From NCBI GenBank assembly GCA_029243395.1, contig JAQWSE010000007.1, positions 5,690 through 69,689 on the forward strand: a stretch of 64,000 nt of DNA. Direction: 5' to 3'. The notes beneath the pieces are model-generated. The model ran no database searches and was not told the DNA's origin. It worked only from the letters and a program-made list of their open reading frames with translations. A program made the position numbers and the translations under genes. Shown piece after piece: positions 31,186-41,410 of this stretch. This DNA is from Paracoccaceae bacterium (GTDB taxonomy: Bacteria; Pseudomonadota; Alphaproteobacteria; Rhodobacterales; Rhodobacteraceae). Positions within the stretch are counted from its first letter, which is position 1, and every line of letters starts with the position of its first letter.

Positions 31186-33219
31186 TTGTTTGGATTCTGC
31201 CATTTGAAGAATGGAATAAACTTTAGTTTATTCCTAGCACAATGTCTTTTCCTAACTTTTTTCTATTTCAATAGTTTCTCAGCAACTCAAATATGTAATG
31301 CAAAACAGATCAATGAACTTGCAGTAAAGGATTCTCTAGAGCATGCCGATGCACGAATATGGGATAAAGCATATAGTATAAGCAAGAATTCAAATAATCT
31401 CCTTCTTCCTGATTTATTGGATTGGCTTAGGCTAAGAGCGGGGGATGGAAAGATAAACGAGTATATAGATTTCATAGAACAAAAAGAAGATTGGCCAGGA
31501 ATGCCATTATTAATAGAAAAGGGAGAACAAAAATTAAAATACGGAGGAAATCCAAACATTGCTCTAAATTATTTTGGGGATACATTCCCTAAAACTGGTC
31601 ATGGCTCATTAGTTTTAGCTAGAGCGCTAAGGCAGTTGGAGCAAACTCAAGATGCAGAGAAAGTTGCGAAGATTAGTTGGTTGGATCAAGAATTTTCAGA
31701 TAATGATTTTTCATTAATGTTAGAAAATTTTGATAAATTACTTTCACAAACTCATCATATTCGTTTGGAAAATTTGTTATGGAGTAAAGCAAGAAAATCT
31801 GTTTTGCAGATGGCAAGGGTTATTTCAGAAGAAAAATTTTTATTGGCAAAAAAAAGGTTGGAGCTTCAGGATTTATTTAATGGGTCTCAGAAAGTATTTA
31901 AATTTCCTAAGGAGTATGGGCAAGATCCTGGAGCTTTACTAGATTATAGTAATGCCCTTCAACACCAAAAAAAGTATATGAAGGTTTCTAAAATCATTGA
32001 GGAAATATCCCATTCTGCTGATTTTTTGGGGATACCGAGTAAGTGGAAAAAATTAAGGGTTTATCATGCTAGAAGGGCGCTTAGACTAGGAAAAATCAAA
32101 ATAGCTTATGAGTTAGCAAGTAGACATCATATAAAACTAAACCATCTAACCAATGTTAACTTTAAGAAAGCAAGTAAAGATTATGTAGAATTGGAGTTTT
32201 TGGCTGGGTTTATTTCATTGAATTTTCAAAAAAAACCAGAAATAGCTGAAGGACATTTTGGGAAGGCAATTAAGTTAACAAAAAAGAAAGCAAACTTGAG
32301 CAAGCTTTACTATTGGTACGGGCGCAGCCTTGCAGAACTAAATCGATTGAAAGAAGCTAGAGCTGCTTTCACGATTGCTTCCCAATATTTGAGCACTTTT
32401 TATGGACAATTGTCTGCCGAGAGGATCAATAAGAAAGAGGTAAGTTTAGATGGTCTTCCAGGTCGAGAATTAAATTGCAATACAGAAGAAATTTTGCAGA
32501 ATGAGATTGTGAAGGTTGGATTCTTGTTACTTAATGCAAATAGAATTGTTCTTGGGGTTCGTTTCTTTAAGCATGCTGCCGAAACATTGCAAATGGATAA
32601 GAGAAATTGTCTTTTGAAACTTTTGCATGACGTAAAGAACTGGTCAGGTGCCATAGGGGTCGCAAAAAAATTTAATGTAGATGACAATTTTATGTTTAAG
32701 TACTCCTATCCGGTTCCAGATATAATTCAAGATGATTCTGAAACTTATTCATCTCTTATTTACGCAATTATTAGACAAGAAAGTGAATTTTATTCGGGTG
32801 CTAGGTCTGGTGCTGGTGCCTTGGGCTTAATGCAAGTAATGCCCAAAACTGCTAAGTATTTAGCTAAAAAATTGGGACTTATTTACGATAAGGAGCGCAT
32901 GTTGAGGGACGAGCTTTACAATGTAAGATTAGGGACTCAGTATGTTAGGGAACTTTTACGATTGTTCCAAGGTTCAACCGTGCTTAGTGTTGCTGCCTAC
33001 AATGCGGGACCAGGTAGTGTGAAAAAATGGATCAAAAGGTATGGTGATCCGCGAGGTAAAGGTATTGATCCATTAGTTTGGATTGAAATGATTCCATACA
33101 GTGAGACAAGAAATTATGTTGCGCGTGTTTTAGGAAACGAGTTAATTTACAGGTCGCTGATAGAGAAAGTTCCTTTAAAGCTCGATCGAGCCAGGAAAAA
33201 TTTCGGTCACACATTTTAA
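31186..33219 (+). CDS. soluble lytic murein transglycosylase (Slt70-like)
   Basis: 677 aa. N-terminal signal, helical repeat region, and a C-terminal SLT domain with ESEFYSGARSGAGALGLMQVMP and AYNAGPG. The start is uncertain (TTG at 31186 or 31204). Confidence 0.85.
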   Translation: MFGFCHLKNGINFSLFLAQCLFLTFFYFNSFSATQICNAKQINELAVKDSLEHADARIWDKAYSISKNSNNLLLPDLLDWLRLRAGDGKINEYIDFIEQKEDWPGMPLLIEKGEQKLKYGGNPNIALNYFGDTFPKTGHGSLVLARALRQLEQTQDAEKVAKISWLDQEFSDNDFSLMLENFDKLLSQTHHIRLENLLWSKARKSVLQMARVISEEKFLLAKKRLELQDLFNGSQKVFKFPKEYGQDPGALLDYSNALQHQKKYMKVSKIIEEISHSADFLGIPSKWKKLRVYHARRALRLGKIKIAYELASRHHIKLNHLTNVNFKKASKDYVELEFLAGFISLNFQKKPEIAEGHFGKAIKLTKKKANLSKLYYWYGRSLAELNRLKEARAAFTIASQYLSTFYGQLSAERINKKEVSLDGLPGRELNCNTEEILQNEIVKVGFLLLNANRIVLGVRFFKHAAETLQMDKRNCLLKLLHDVKNWSGAIGVAKKFNVDDNFMFKYSYPVPDIIQDDSETYSSLIYAIIRQESEFYSGARSGAGALGLMQVMPKTAKYLAKKLGLIYDKERMLRDELYNVRLGTQYVRELLRLFQGSTVLSVAAYNAGPGSVKKWIKRYGDPRGKGIDPLVWIEMIPYSETRNYVARVLGNELIYRSLIEKVPLKLDRARKNFGHTF

Positions 33220-33334
33220 AAAACTGCACATTTAGGTAAAAAGCCTATATATATGATTGAAAATTGTATTTTATCAAGATATGGTGTTTCCCAACATTTC
33301 TTTCTCTTTTCATTTCAGTGATTAGGAAATTGCA

Positions 33335-36300
33335 TTGAATTTCAATAGATTACGTCTTAATGGCTTTAAAAGCTTTGTTGACCCAACCGATTTACAAATC
33401 CTTCCTGGTCTTACAGGTATCGTTGGTCCCAACGGATGTGGAAAATCAAATCTGTTAGATGCCTTAAGATGGGTAATGGGTGAGAATCGGCCCACCTCAA
33501 TGAGAGGGGATGGAATGGATGATGTCATCTTTGGCGGCACTGATTTGAGGCCAGCTAGAGCTTTTGCAGAAGTTGTTTTAGAAGTGGGAGATCTTGAGTC
33601 AGCAACTATGCCAGTCCAAGCAATTGATGATACTGTTGAAATAGTAAGAAAGATCAATCTGGAATCGGGTTCAGTATACCGCATTGAGGGTAAGGAAGTG
33701 CTGGCAAGAGAAGTCAGGATGCTTTTTGCGGATTCTTCTATAGGTTCTAATTCCCCGTCTTTGGTGCGACAGGGACAAATTGCAAGTCTTATTAATGAAC
33801 ACCCAAAGTCACGTCGAAAAATTCTTGAAGAAGCAGCTGGCATTGCTGGTATTTACCAGCGTAGGCATGAATCAGAATTAAGACTAAACGCTTCAGAAAA
33901 CAATCTTTCGCGCGTAAATGACATTCTTTCCAAACTTCGGGAGCAACTTAAAGTATTAGCAAAGCAAGCTAGTCAAGCCGGGGAATACAGATCTTTGGGT
34001 GTGGCAATTAGAAAAGAAGAAGCATTTTTACTTTATTCGCAATGGAAAAATAAGAAACAGGAAGTTGAAGCAGCTGAGCAGGAAATAGGAGAGATAGTGA
34101 AAGCCAGGAGCATCAAGCAGCAAATATCCTTAACCTTAAGTAGAGAAAGGGAAACCAAAGAAGAGCTTCTCCCCAGCATAAGAGAGAAACAAGCAACAGA
34201 TCAAATTGGATTTCGTCAATTACAGTCTATGAAGGATAGTTTTGATGAAAAACATAGGCTTGCAGTTTTGAGAATTGATGAAATGGAGAAGAGGATTTCT
34301 GATCTTGATTTAGAATATTTTAGAGAAACCGAACTCAGTGCAGATGCAGAATCAGTTCTTCAAAAATTAATTAAAGAAAGCAAGGAGCTTGGGGAAGAAA
34401 AGTTAACTCTAGAGGAAAGACTCATAAGTGCTAGAAGTGAATCAGACAATTCTGAAACGGAATTCAAGAAACGGGAAATAGATTATGATAACCAAGCTAA
34501 AGATTATGCAAGCCTGGTAGCTGAGAAGAATACAGCAGAAAAGAGTCGAGAGGAGTGTAAGAAGAATCTTCTTGCTATTGAGGGGAAAATTTCACAGGTA
34601 AAAGGAGATCAGGCAAGAGTAGATTTGAGGCGTAAAGAGATAGAGAAAGGAAGAAAGAAAGCCTCAGAATCTTTGACAGAAACTGAGAAATTAGTAATTA
34701 CGCGTACCAATTCTTTAGAAGAATTAGAAGAAGAGTGCCAAAAAGCTATGGGTGCTGAGGTCGAAGGAAGTGAAAAGTTGATAGAGAGCAAGAGTAAGCT
34801 GGCAGCCATAATGTCAGAGATTGAAGCTTTACAAGAATTGGCTGAGGATAGACACTCAGTTTCTGAACCTCTCCTAAATGAAGTTTCCGCCAAAATTGGA
34901 TACGAGTTAGCATTGGGAGCAGCAATGTCTGATGAAATGAATTTTCCAAGGCAGGCTACAGGAGAAGAATCTGGTTGGGTGGCTTTTCAGAAAGCATTTC
35001 ATGCTGAAGACCTGCCTGAGAATATCAAAAATTTAACCCACTTTGTAGAGCATCCAAAGGAGTTATCTAGGCGATTAAAGAGTATAGGTATTGTTGATTC
35101 AAAGGATGGAGCTAGACTTCAGTTAAAACTCTCTGATGGCCAGACATTAGTATCTAAAGAAGGTGATTTATGGCGATGGGATGGTTTTGTTCGAAAATCT
35201 GCAGATATTAGTTCAGAAACGGTACTTAAGTTAAAGAACGTAAATCGTCTAAAAAAATTACATCAAATAAAGGAAAATATGGGAAAGTTGGTAATTGTTG
35301 AACAAGACAAATATCAGGTATTGGAGGAAAAATTTAAGGAAATTGTGGATGTAAGAGATAGTAAAAAATACGATTACATAAATCTTGAAAAGAAACTCAC
35401 AAGCCTAAAATTAAGTCTTAGTAAGTTGGATGCTGAATATGAAATAAATGGAGCACAATTGGAAGGATTTAATGACAAAGCTGATCAACTGCAAAAAGAA
35501 CTAGAAGAATTTTCATCGTTCATGAGCACAAATGAAATTGATGAGGAATCTGATCGGGATTTACTTGCCAAGGAAAATAGTCTCAATGACCAAAAACATG
35601 AATTAGAAAATTTTAGAGCTAAGAATTTAGAAGATCGCTTAAAACTAGAGGAGATCCTATCGAAGGATCAGCATGGTCAGGCTAGATTGGGTCAAATATT
35701 AGATGATATAAAAGAATGGGAGTCTCGGCAAAAAAGATCTTTAGATCAACAGGCAAATATTTTGGCCAGAAAAGACAAATTTCAGGTTCTTTTGGATGTG
35801 GCGGTCTTAGAACCTGAGAATATCAAAAAGGAAGTTGAGGCTTTAGCTGAAAGAATTGTTCAAGCAGAGAGGAAGTGTGCTGATTCAACGAATACACTGA
35901 TTGAGGCAGAAAAAAATCTCAGACAGGCTTTCTTGGCAGAAAGAGAATCTCAGAAACTTACAGAGGATTTGAAAGAGAAATACGTAAGAGCAGAGGTTAG
36001 TTTAGAGACTATGAAGCAGAGCATGGAGGAAATGGAAACGTCTTTGGCTGATAATACAGGATTAAGTGTGAATGAATTTGAGGTTAAGTTCAAAAAGGAA
36101 GATTTTAAAAACTTGTCAATTATCTCAATCCAAGAAAAATTAGAGAAACTTAAGAGAAGACGCGACATTATTGGTCCAGTGAATTTGCGAGCAGAGGAAG
36201 ATGAAAAGGAAATTAATGATGAGTTTACGGCTCTAAATTCTCAGAGGGATGATCTCGAGGCAGCGATAAGAAAACTTCGGAGCGCTATTTCAGATTTAAA

Positions 36301-36793
36301 TAAGGAGGGGCGCGGAAAACTCTTGAGTGCTTTTAATCAGGTAAATCAGAATTTCAAGGAACTCTTCAAAACTTTGTTTGGCGGTGGATCGAGTAACTTG
36401 ATGTTTGTAGAAAGTCAAGATCCACTTGAGGCAGGTTTGGAAATAATGTGTCAACCCCCAGGAAAGAAGCTGTCAAGTTTGTCTTTGTTGTCTGGAGGAG
36501 AACAAACTTTGGCAGCAATTTCCTTAATTTTTGCTGTTTTTCTTGCTCGGCCAAGTCCAATTTGTGTTTTAGATGAAGTTGATGCTCCACTAGATGATGC
36601 GAACGTAGTGAGATTTTGTAGATTGTTAGATGAAATGAATTCCAAAACAGAAACTAGATTCTTGATAATAACACATAATCCAATCACGATGGCTAGGATG
36701 AATCGTTTATTTGGTGTAACGATGGAAGAAAAAGGAGTGAGTCAGTTAGTTAGTGTAGACTTAGATCGAGCTGAAGAGTTAGTCGAAGCCTGA
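33335..36793 (+). CDS. smc: chromosome segregation protein SMC
   Basis: 1152 aa. Starts MNFNRLRLNGFKSF, with Walker A GPNGCGKSN, long coiled coils, signature LSGGEQT and Walker B VLDEVDAPLDD. TTG start with AGGAA 6 nt upstream. Confidence 0.96.
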   Translation: MNFNRLRLNGFKSFVDPTDLQILPGLTGIVGPNGCGKSNLLDALRWVMGENRPTSMRGDGMDDVIFGGTDLRPARAFAEVVLEVGDLESATMPVQAIDDTVEIVRKINLESGSVYRIEGKEVLAREVRMLFADSSIGSNSPSLVRQGQIASLINEHPKSRRKILEEAAGIAGIYQRRHESELRLNASENNLSRVNDILSKLREQLKVLAKQASQAGEYRSLGVAIRKEEAFLLYSQWKNKKQEVEAAEQEIGEIVKARSIKQQISLTLSRERETKEELLPSIREKQATDQIGFRQLQSMKDSFDEKHRLAVLRIDEMEKRISDLDLEYFRETELSADAESVLQKLIKESKELGEEKLTLEERLISARSESDNSETEFKKREIDYDNQAKDYASLVAEKNTAEKSREECKKNLLAIEGKISQVKGDQARVDLRRKEIEKGRKKASESLTETEKLVITRTNSLEELEEECQKAMGAEVEGSEKLIESKSKLAAIMSEIEALQELAEDRHSVSEPLLNEVSAKIGYELALGAAMSDEMNFPRQATGEESGWVAFQKAFHAEDLPENIKNLTHFVEHPKELSRRLKSIGIVDSKDGARLQLKLSDGQTLVSKEGDLWRWDGFVRKSADISSETVLKLKNVNRLKKLHQIKENMGKLVIVEQDKYQVLEEKFKEIVDVRDSKKYDYINLEKKLTSLKLSLSKLDAEYEINGAQLEGFNDKADQLQKELEEFSSFMSTNEIDEESDRDLLAKENSLNDQKHELENFRAKNLEDRLKLEEILSKDQHGQARLGQILDDIKEWESRQKRSLDQQANILARKDKFQVLLDVAVLEPENIKKEVEALAERIVQAERKCADSTNTLIEAEKNLRQAFLAERESQKLTEDLKEKYVRAEVSLETMKQSMEEMETSLADNTGLSVNEFEVKFKKEDFKNLSIISIQEKLEKLKRRRDIIGPVNLRAEEDEKEINDEFTALNSQRDDLEAAIRKLRSAISDLNKEGRGKLLSAFNQVNQNFKELFKTLFGGGSSNLMFVESQDPLEAGLEIMCQPPGKKLSSLSLLSGGEQTLAAISLIFAVFLARPSPICVLDEVDAPLDDANVVRFCRLLDEMNSKTETRFLIITHNPITMARMNRLFGVTMEEKGVSQLVSVDLDRAEELVEA

Positions 36794-36858
36794 TAGAAAT
36801 GCAAGTTACATTACGGTTGTGAAATCTGAATTTATATTAAAAGATTTGTGGCTATTGA

Positions 36859-37707
36859 ATGACAAAAGATAGGAATAAGTACTTGGTTTCGACCGATTGG
36901 TTAGAACGCCAATTAGGTAATCCGGAGTTAAGAATTATTGATGCCAGTTGGTATTTACCAGATTTGAGTAGGTCCGGGAGTAAGGAATACCGGAAGAATC
37001 ATATAACAGGAGCATCATTTTTTGATCTGGATGAATTTTCAGACCAGAATTCTTCACTTCCACATATGGCTCTAGATCCAAAGAGTTTTGCAAAGAAAAT
37101 AGAAGTTTTTGGCATAAGTACAAATTGTACCGTGGTAGTATACGACGGCCTAGGGATTTTTTCAGCCGCCAGATTGTTGTGGCTATTCCATTTGTATGGG
37201 TTTGGTAATGCTTTCATATTAGATGGTGGATTTCCAAAATGGTTATCGGAAAATAGATCTACGGATTCTAAAATAAAGACATTTGAAAATTTCCATTTCC
37301 CAATTTCTTATAAGGACGAATTAGTTGTAGATTTAAATCAAGTGAGAGGTTCTATAGAATCAAGTGATGTACAAATAGTGGATGCTAGGCCTACAAATAG
37401 GTTTTTGGGTTCAGTTGCAGAACCAAGAGCTGGGGTGCGACGAGGAAACATACCTAGTTCGATAAATCTGTTCTATGGAGATTTAATTGATTCAGATTAT
37501 ACTTTGAAGTCAAATACTGTGCTAAGGAAAATTGTTCAGAGGGCTGGAATTAATCTGGAAAAGCGTCTAATTACGTCCTGTGGTTCTGGTGTAACAGCTG
37601 CAATTCTATATATTGTCTTCAAAGGGCTGGGTGCTAAAAGAGTCTCGGTTTATGATGGCTCGTGGTGTGAATGGGGTAGTGTAGATTATGAAAAACCATT
37701 AACCTAA
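36859..37707 (+). CDS. sseA: 3-mercaptopyruvate sulfurtransferase (tandem rhodanese)
   Basis: 282 aa. Contains LVSTDWLERQLGNPELRIIDASWYLPD and the active-site loop CGSGVTA. Confidence 0.88.
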   Translation: MTKDRNKYLVSTDWLERQLGNPELRIIDASWYLPDLSRSGSKEYRKNHITGASFFDLDEFSDQNSSLPHMALDPKSFAKKIEVFGISTNCTVVVYDGLGIFSAARLLWLFHLYGFGNAFILDGGFPKWLSENRSTDSKIKTFENFHFPISYKDELVVDLNQVRGSIESSDVQIVDARPTNRFLGSVAEPRAGVRRGNIPSSINLFYGDLIDSDYTLKSNTVLRKIVQRAGINLEKRLITSCGSGVTAAILYIVFKGLGAKRVSVYDGSWCEWGSVDYEKPLT

Positions 37708-37765
37708 AGGCAGGCCAAAGTTATAAAGTTTGTCTAAAGAAAAATTGAAACAAGGTAGAACAAAA

Positions 37766-38962
37766 ATGTTTGAGACATTGAAGGATCAGCCCGAAGACAA
37801 GATTATGGCTTTAATGGCTTTGTTTGCTCAAGATCAGCGAGATAAAAAAATTGATCTTGGGGTTGGCGTTTATAAAAATGATCAAGGCATAACTCCCATA
37901 ATGAAAGCCGTATCTCGAGCAATTTCTTTCTTAAATATGAAACAGAAGTCTAAAAGTTATGTTGGTCTCTTAGGGAATATGAGTTTCATTGATCAAATCA
38001 TTCGATTAGTACTTGAAGACGCAGTGCCAAGAGATAGAATTGTAGGTGGGCAAGCTCCTGGTGGTACTGGTGCTTTGCACCAGTTGCTACTTTTAATCCG
38101 CTCAGTTAAACTAAAGCCTAGAGTATGGATTTCGTCACCTTCCTGGCCAAACCATGAAGCAATTCTAGATCATTTGGGCATTCGCTGTCTTAAATATTCC
38201 TATTTTGATACGGAGACATGTGAGGTCGATTTTGAGCATATGATGAGTGATTTAGTCAGTGTTAAGTCCGGTGATGTAATTCTTTTACATGGCTGTTGTC
38301 ACAACCCGACTGGTGCTAATTTATCGTATGAGAACTGGGTTGATTTAACGAAATTTTGTTTACAAAAAAATGTTTTACCGTTGGTAGATTTGGCTTACCA
38401 AGGTTTTGGAGATGGAATTGAAGAAGATGTAGCCGGTTTGCGGCATATGGCCACAAACTTACCTGAGATATGTGTCGCGGTATCTGGTTCCAAGAATTTT
38501 GGTTTGTATAGGGAAAGAGTGGGGGCAGCTATCGCAGTAGTTTCTGATAAAAAAGGACACAAAATAGTAGAAGATAATCTCAAATCTTTTAATAGGCTTA
38601 CATTTTCTTTTCCCCCTGATTTTGGAGCTTCAGTAGTGGACTTGGTTTTGTCTGAATGCGACACTGATGATACCCCGTTGGTTAAGTTATGGCGAACAGA
38701 GTTAACAGAAATGCGATCTCGAATGTTAGACCTTCGCCTGTCTTTAGCTGACTCACTCAGACGTAGCACAAATTCTAGCAGATTTGATTTTGTTTCTAAA
38801 CATCGTGGAATGTTTTCCCTTTTAGGTTTGAGCCCGGATGAGGTGTTACGGCTTAGAAAAGAACATGGAATTTACATGGTTGGGGATTCTAGAATTAACT
38901 TGGCAGGCTTAAATAATACTCAACTGGATGATTTTTCTATGGCTATAGCTGCGGTGATTTGA
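37766..38962 (+). CDS. aromatic/aspartate aminotransferase (class I, AspC/TyrB type)
   Basis: The canonical N-terminus MFETLKDQPEDKIMALM starts at 37766; the track ORF begins at an upstream TTG (37730). PLP-lysine context SGSKNFGLYRERVG. Confidence 0.9.
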   Translation: MFETLKDQPEDKIMALMALFAQDQRDKKIDLGVGVYKNDQGITPIMKAVSRAISFLNMKQKSKSYVGLLGNMSFIDQIIRLVLEDAVPRDRIVGGQAPGGTGALHQLLLLIRSVKLKPRVWISSPSWPNHEAILDHLGIRCLKYSYFDTETCEVDFEHMMSDLVSVKSGDVILLHGCCHNPTGANLSYENWVDLTKFCLQKNVLPLVDLAYQGFGDGIEEDVAGLRHMATNLPEICVAVSGSKNFGLYRERVGAAIAVVSDKKGHKIVEDNLKSFNRLTFSFPPDFGASVVDLVLSECDTDDTPLVKLWRTELTEMRSRMLDLRLSLADSLRRSTNSSRFDFVSKHRGMFSLLGLSPDEVLRLRKEHGIYMVGDSRINLAGLNNTQLDDFSMAIAAVI

Positions 38963-39056
38963 TTCTTTTGGGGTTATCCATTTATACTTGCTGAGAAATA
39001 TTTCTAACAATGTGTGATTTCGGATTAAAAATCATTGAAATGGATATAAGAAAGTT

Positions 39057-41003
39057 GTGAACATGGAAGAAAAAATTTATCAACCCAGGAAAAGCATTAT
39101 TGAAAAAGGTGGTTTAACTGATCAGGAATACAAAGATATGTATCAAAAATCTTTATCAGAACCAGAGGAATTTTGGGGGAAAATCGGAAAGTCAATTGAC
39201 TGGATTAAACCCTATAACAAAGTAAAAAATACGTCCTTTTCTCCTGATAACGTCTCGATCAAATGGTATGAAGACGGGGAACTCAATGTATGCGCTAATT
39301 GCGTTGACAGACATTTGGAAAAACGTGGTGATAAGGTTGCCATTATTTGGGAGGCAGATGAGCCAGGGATTTCAAAAAAAATTACTTATAGGGAGCTCTA
39401 TTCAAATGTGTGTAGGTTAGCCAATGTTTATAAAGAGTTGGGGATAAGCAAAGGGGATAGGGTTATTCTTTACATGCCTATGATCCCAGAAGCTGCCTAT
39501 GCTATGTTAGCTTGTGCTAGGATTGGAGCTATTCATTCAGTAGTTTTTGGTGGCTTTTCTCCTGAAGCTCTCGCTAATAGGATAACTGATTGTGGTGCAA
39601 AATTAGTAGTGACAGCTGATGAGGCACCAAGGGGTGGTAAACTTGTTCCTTTAAAAGAAAACGTAAATCAAGCTCTGGATATAGCTGGAGACAGGCAAAC
39701 TTTGGTGGTAAAGCGTACAGGTTCAAAGGTTTTCATGAAAGAAGGTAGAGACAATTTTTATGAGGACTTAACTAAAAAAGCCACCGAAACATGCTTGCCA
39801 GAAGAAATGGGGGCAGAAGAACCCTTATTTATCTTGTATACGTCAGGGTCGACAGGTAAGCCAAAAGGAGTCCAACATTCAAGTGGCGGTTATATTGTAT
39901 ATGCTTCTTTAACTCACCAATATGTTTTTGATTATAAGGATGATGACATATATTGGTGTACGGCTGACGTTGGATGGATAACAGGACATAGCTATATTGT
40001 TTATGGTCCTCTTGCCAATGGCGCTACAACTTTAATGTTTGAGGGGATCCCCACTTATCCAGATAGTTCACGTTTTTGGCAAGTTTGCGAAAAGCATAAA
40101 GTGAACCAATTTTACACTGCGCCAACAGCTATTAGGGCATTGATGGCGCAAGGGGAGAGTTATGTCAATCAGTGTAATTTATCTAACTTGAGGATATTAG
40201 GTACAGTTGGAGAACCTATAAACCCTGAAGCTTGGGAATGGTATAATAGAGTTGTTGGCAAAGGTCTCTGTCCTATAGTCGATACATGGTGGCAGACTGA
40301 AACAGGAGGAATATTGATAACACCATTACCGGGAGCAACAGCGACAAAACCAGGATCTGCAACAAGACCATTTTTTGGTGTTAAGCCTGTAGTTTTAGAT
40401 CCAAATTCAGGTGAAAAATTGAATGGTAATGAAGTAGAAGGTTTGTTAGCAATTGAAGACAGTTGGCCTGGTCAAATGAGAACTATTTTTGGAGATCATG
40501 AACGCTTCATAAAAACTTATTTCAGCGAATTCCAGGGTTATTACTTTTCGGGTGACGGGTGTAGGAGAGATAAGGATGGTTATTATTGGATCACTGGAAG
40601 ATTTGACGATGTTTTGAATATTTCTGGCCATCGTATGGGAACAGCAGAGATTGAAAGTGCTTTAGTAGCACATCCATTAGTGGCTGAAAGTGCCGTGGTT
40701 GGATACCCACATGAAATTAAGGGTCAAGGAGTTTATGCTTTTGTGACATTGATGGTCGGACATGTGCCATCAAGTGGTTTGAGTGAGGAACTAGAGAGTT
40801 GGGTTAGAAAAGAAATTGGGCCGATTGCTAAACCAGATTTTATCCAGTGGGCTCCAGGTCTTCCTAAGACACGTTCTGGTAAGATAATGAGAAGAATTTT
40901 ACGCAAAATTGCAGAAAATAATTTTAGTGACCTGGGCGATACCTCTACTTTAGCTGATCCTGGCGTAGTAGATAATTTAGTGGAAAATAGGTTGAACAGA
41001 TGA
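39057..41003 (+). CDS. acs: acetyl-CoA synthetase
   Basis: 648 aa. AMP-binding motif [11 protein letters not shown] and C-terminal SGKIMRR. The start is the GTG at 39057 or the ATG at 39063. Confidence 0.97.
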   Translation: MNMEEKIYQPRKSIIEKGGLTDQEYKDMYQKSLSEPEEFWGKIGKSIDWIKPYNKVKNTSFSPDNVSIKWYEDGELNVCANCVDRHLEKRGDKVAIIWEADEPGISKKITYRELYSNVCRLANVYKELGISKGDRVILYMPMIPEAAYAMLACARIGAIHSVVFGGFSPEALANRITDCGAKLVVTADEAPRGGKLVPLKENVNQALDIAGDRQTLVVKRTGSKVFMKEGRDNFYEDLTKKATETCLPEEMGAEEPLFILYTSGSTGKPKGVQHSSGGYIVYASLTHQYVFDYKDDDIYWCTADVGWITGHSYIVYGPLANGATTLMFEGIPTYPDSSRFWQVCEKHKVNQFYTAPTAIRALMAQGESYVNQCNLSNLRILGTVGEPINPEAWEWYNRVVGKGLCPIVDTWWQTETGGILITPLPGATATKPGSATRPFFGVKPVVLDPNSGEKLNGNEVEGLLAIEDSWPGQMRTIFGDHERFIKTYFSEFQGYYFSGDGCRRDKDGYYWITGRFDDVLNISGHRMGTAEIESALVAHPLVAESAVVGYPHEIKGQGVYAFVTLMVGHVPSSGLSEELESWVRKEIGPIAKPDFIQWAPGLPKTRSGKIMRRILRKIAENNFSDLGDTSTLADPGVVDNLVENRLNR

Positions 41004-41049
41004 TGTTGTTTGGTTATCTTTTTCAAGAAAAATTTAAGAAGGTAAAAAG

Positions 41050-41385
41050 ATGTATATTACTAGATTTAATTGGTTCATATTAGTGTGTTACTTTTTGGTC
41101 GCTTGCAATACGGCGTATCAGGGGGAATACACTGGGTATGGGGCACCAGTGCAATTAAAAGTTGAAGTTGAGCCAAGTAAAAGTACTGAAAAAGGTGAGT
41201 GCTTAGCAGATACTCTTAGCTTTCTTGTTGGGCAGCCAGAAACAGCCCTTGCTGCCATGGAGTATCCTGCCAGTACACGTGTTTTTTCTGAAGGACAAGA
41301 AGTTAATTTAGAGAACGGAGATCTTTCTAGATTGAATTTGGTTATTGGCGCTGAGCGAAAGATAGTAAATGTTTTTTGTGGCTAG
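41050..41385 (+). CDS. lipoprotein with peptidase-inhibitor I78-like domain
   Basis: 111 aa. Lipobox FLVAC. The C-terminal half (LVGQPETALAAM ... RVFSEGQEVNLENGDLSRLNLVIGAERKIVNVFCG) resembles the I78 family pattern as I recall it. Confidence 0.6.
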   Translation: MYITRFNWFILVCYFLVACNTAYQGEYTGYGAPVQLKVEVEPSKSTEKGECLADTLSFLVGQPETALAAMEYPASTRVFSEGQEVNLENGDLSRLNLVIGAERKIVNVFCG

Positions 41386-41410
41386 TTGCTTGGTTTTGTA
41401 TACTTTATAA

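Noticed and set aside
33322-33843. A 173-aa minus-strand ORF over the 5' end of smc.
   Set aside because: It is antisense to the strongly conserved SMC head domain (GPNGCGKSN). The product is compositionally odd, and no start context was seen.
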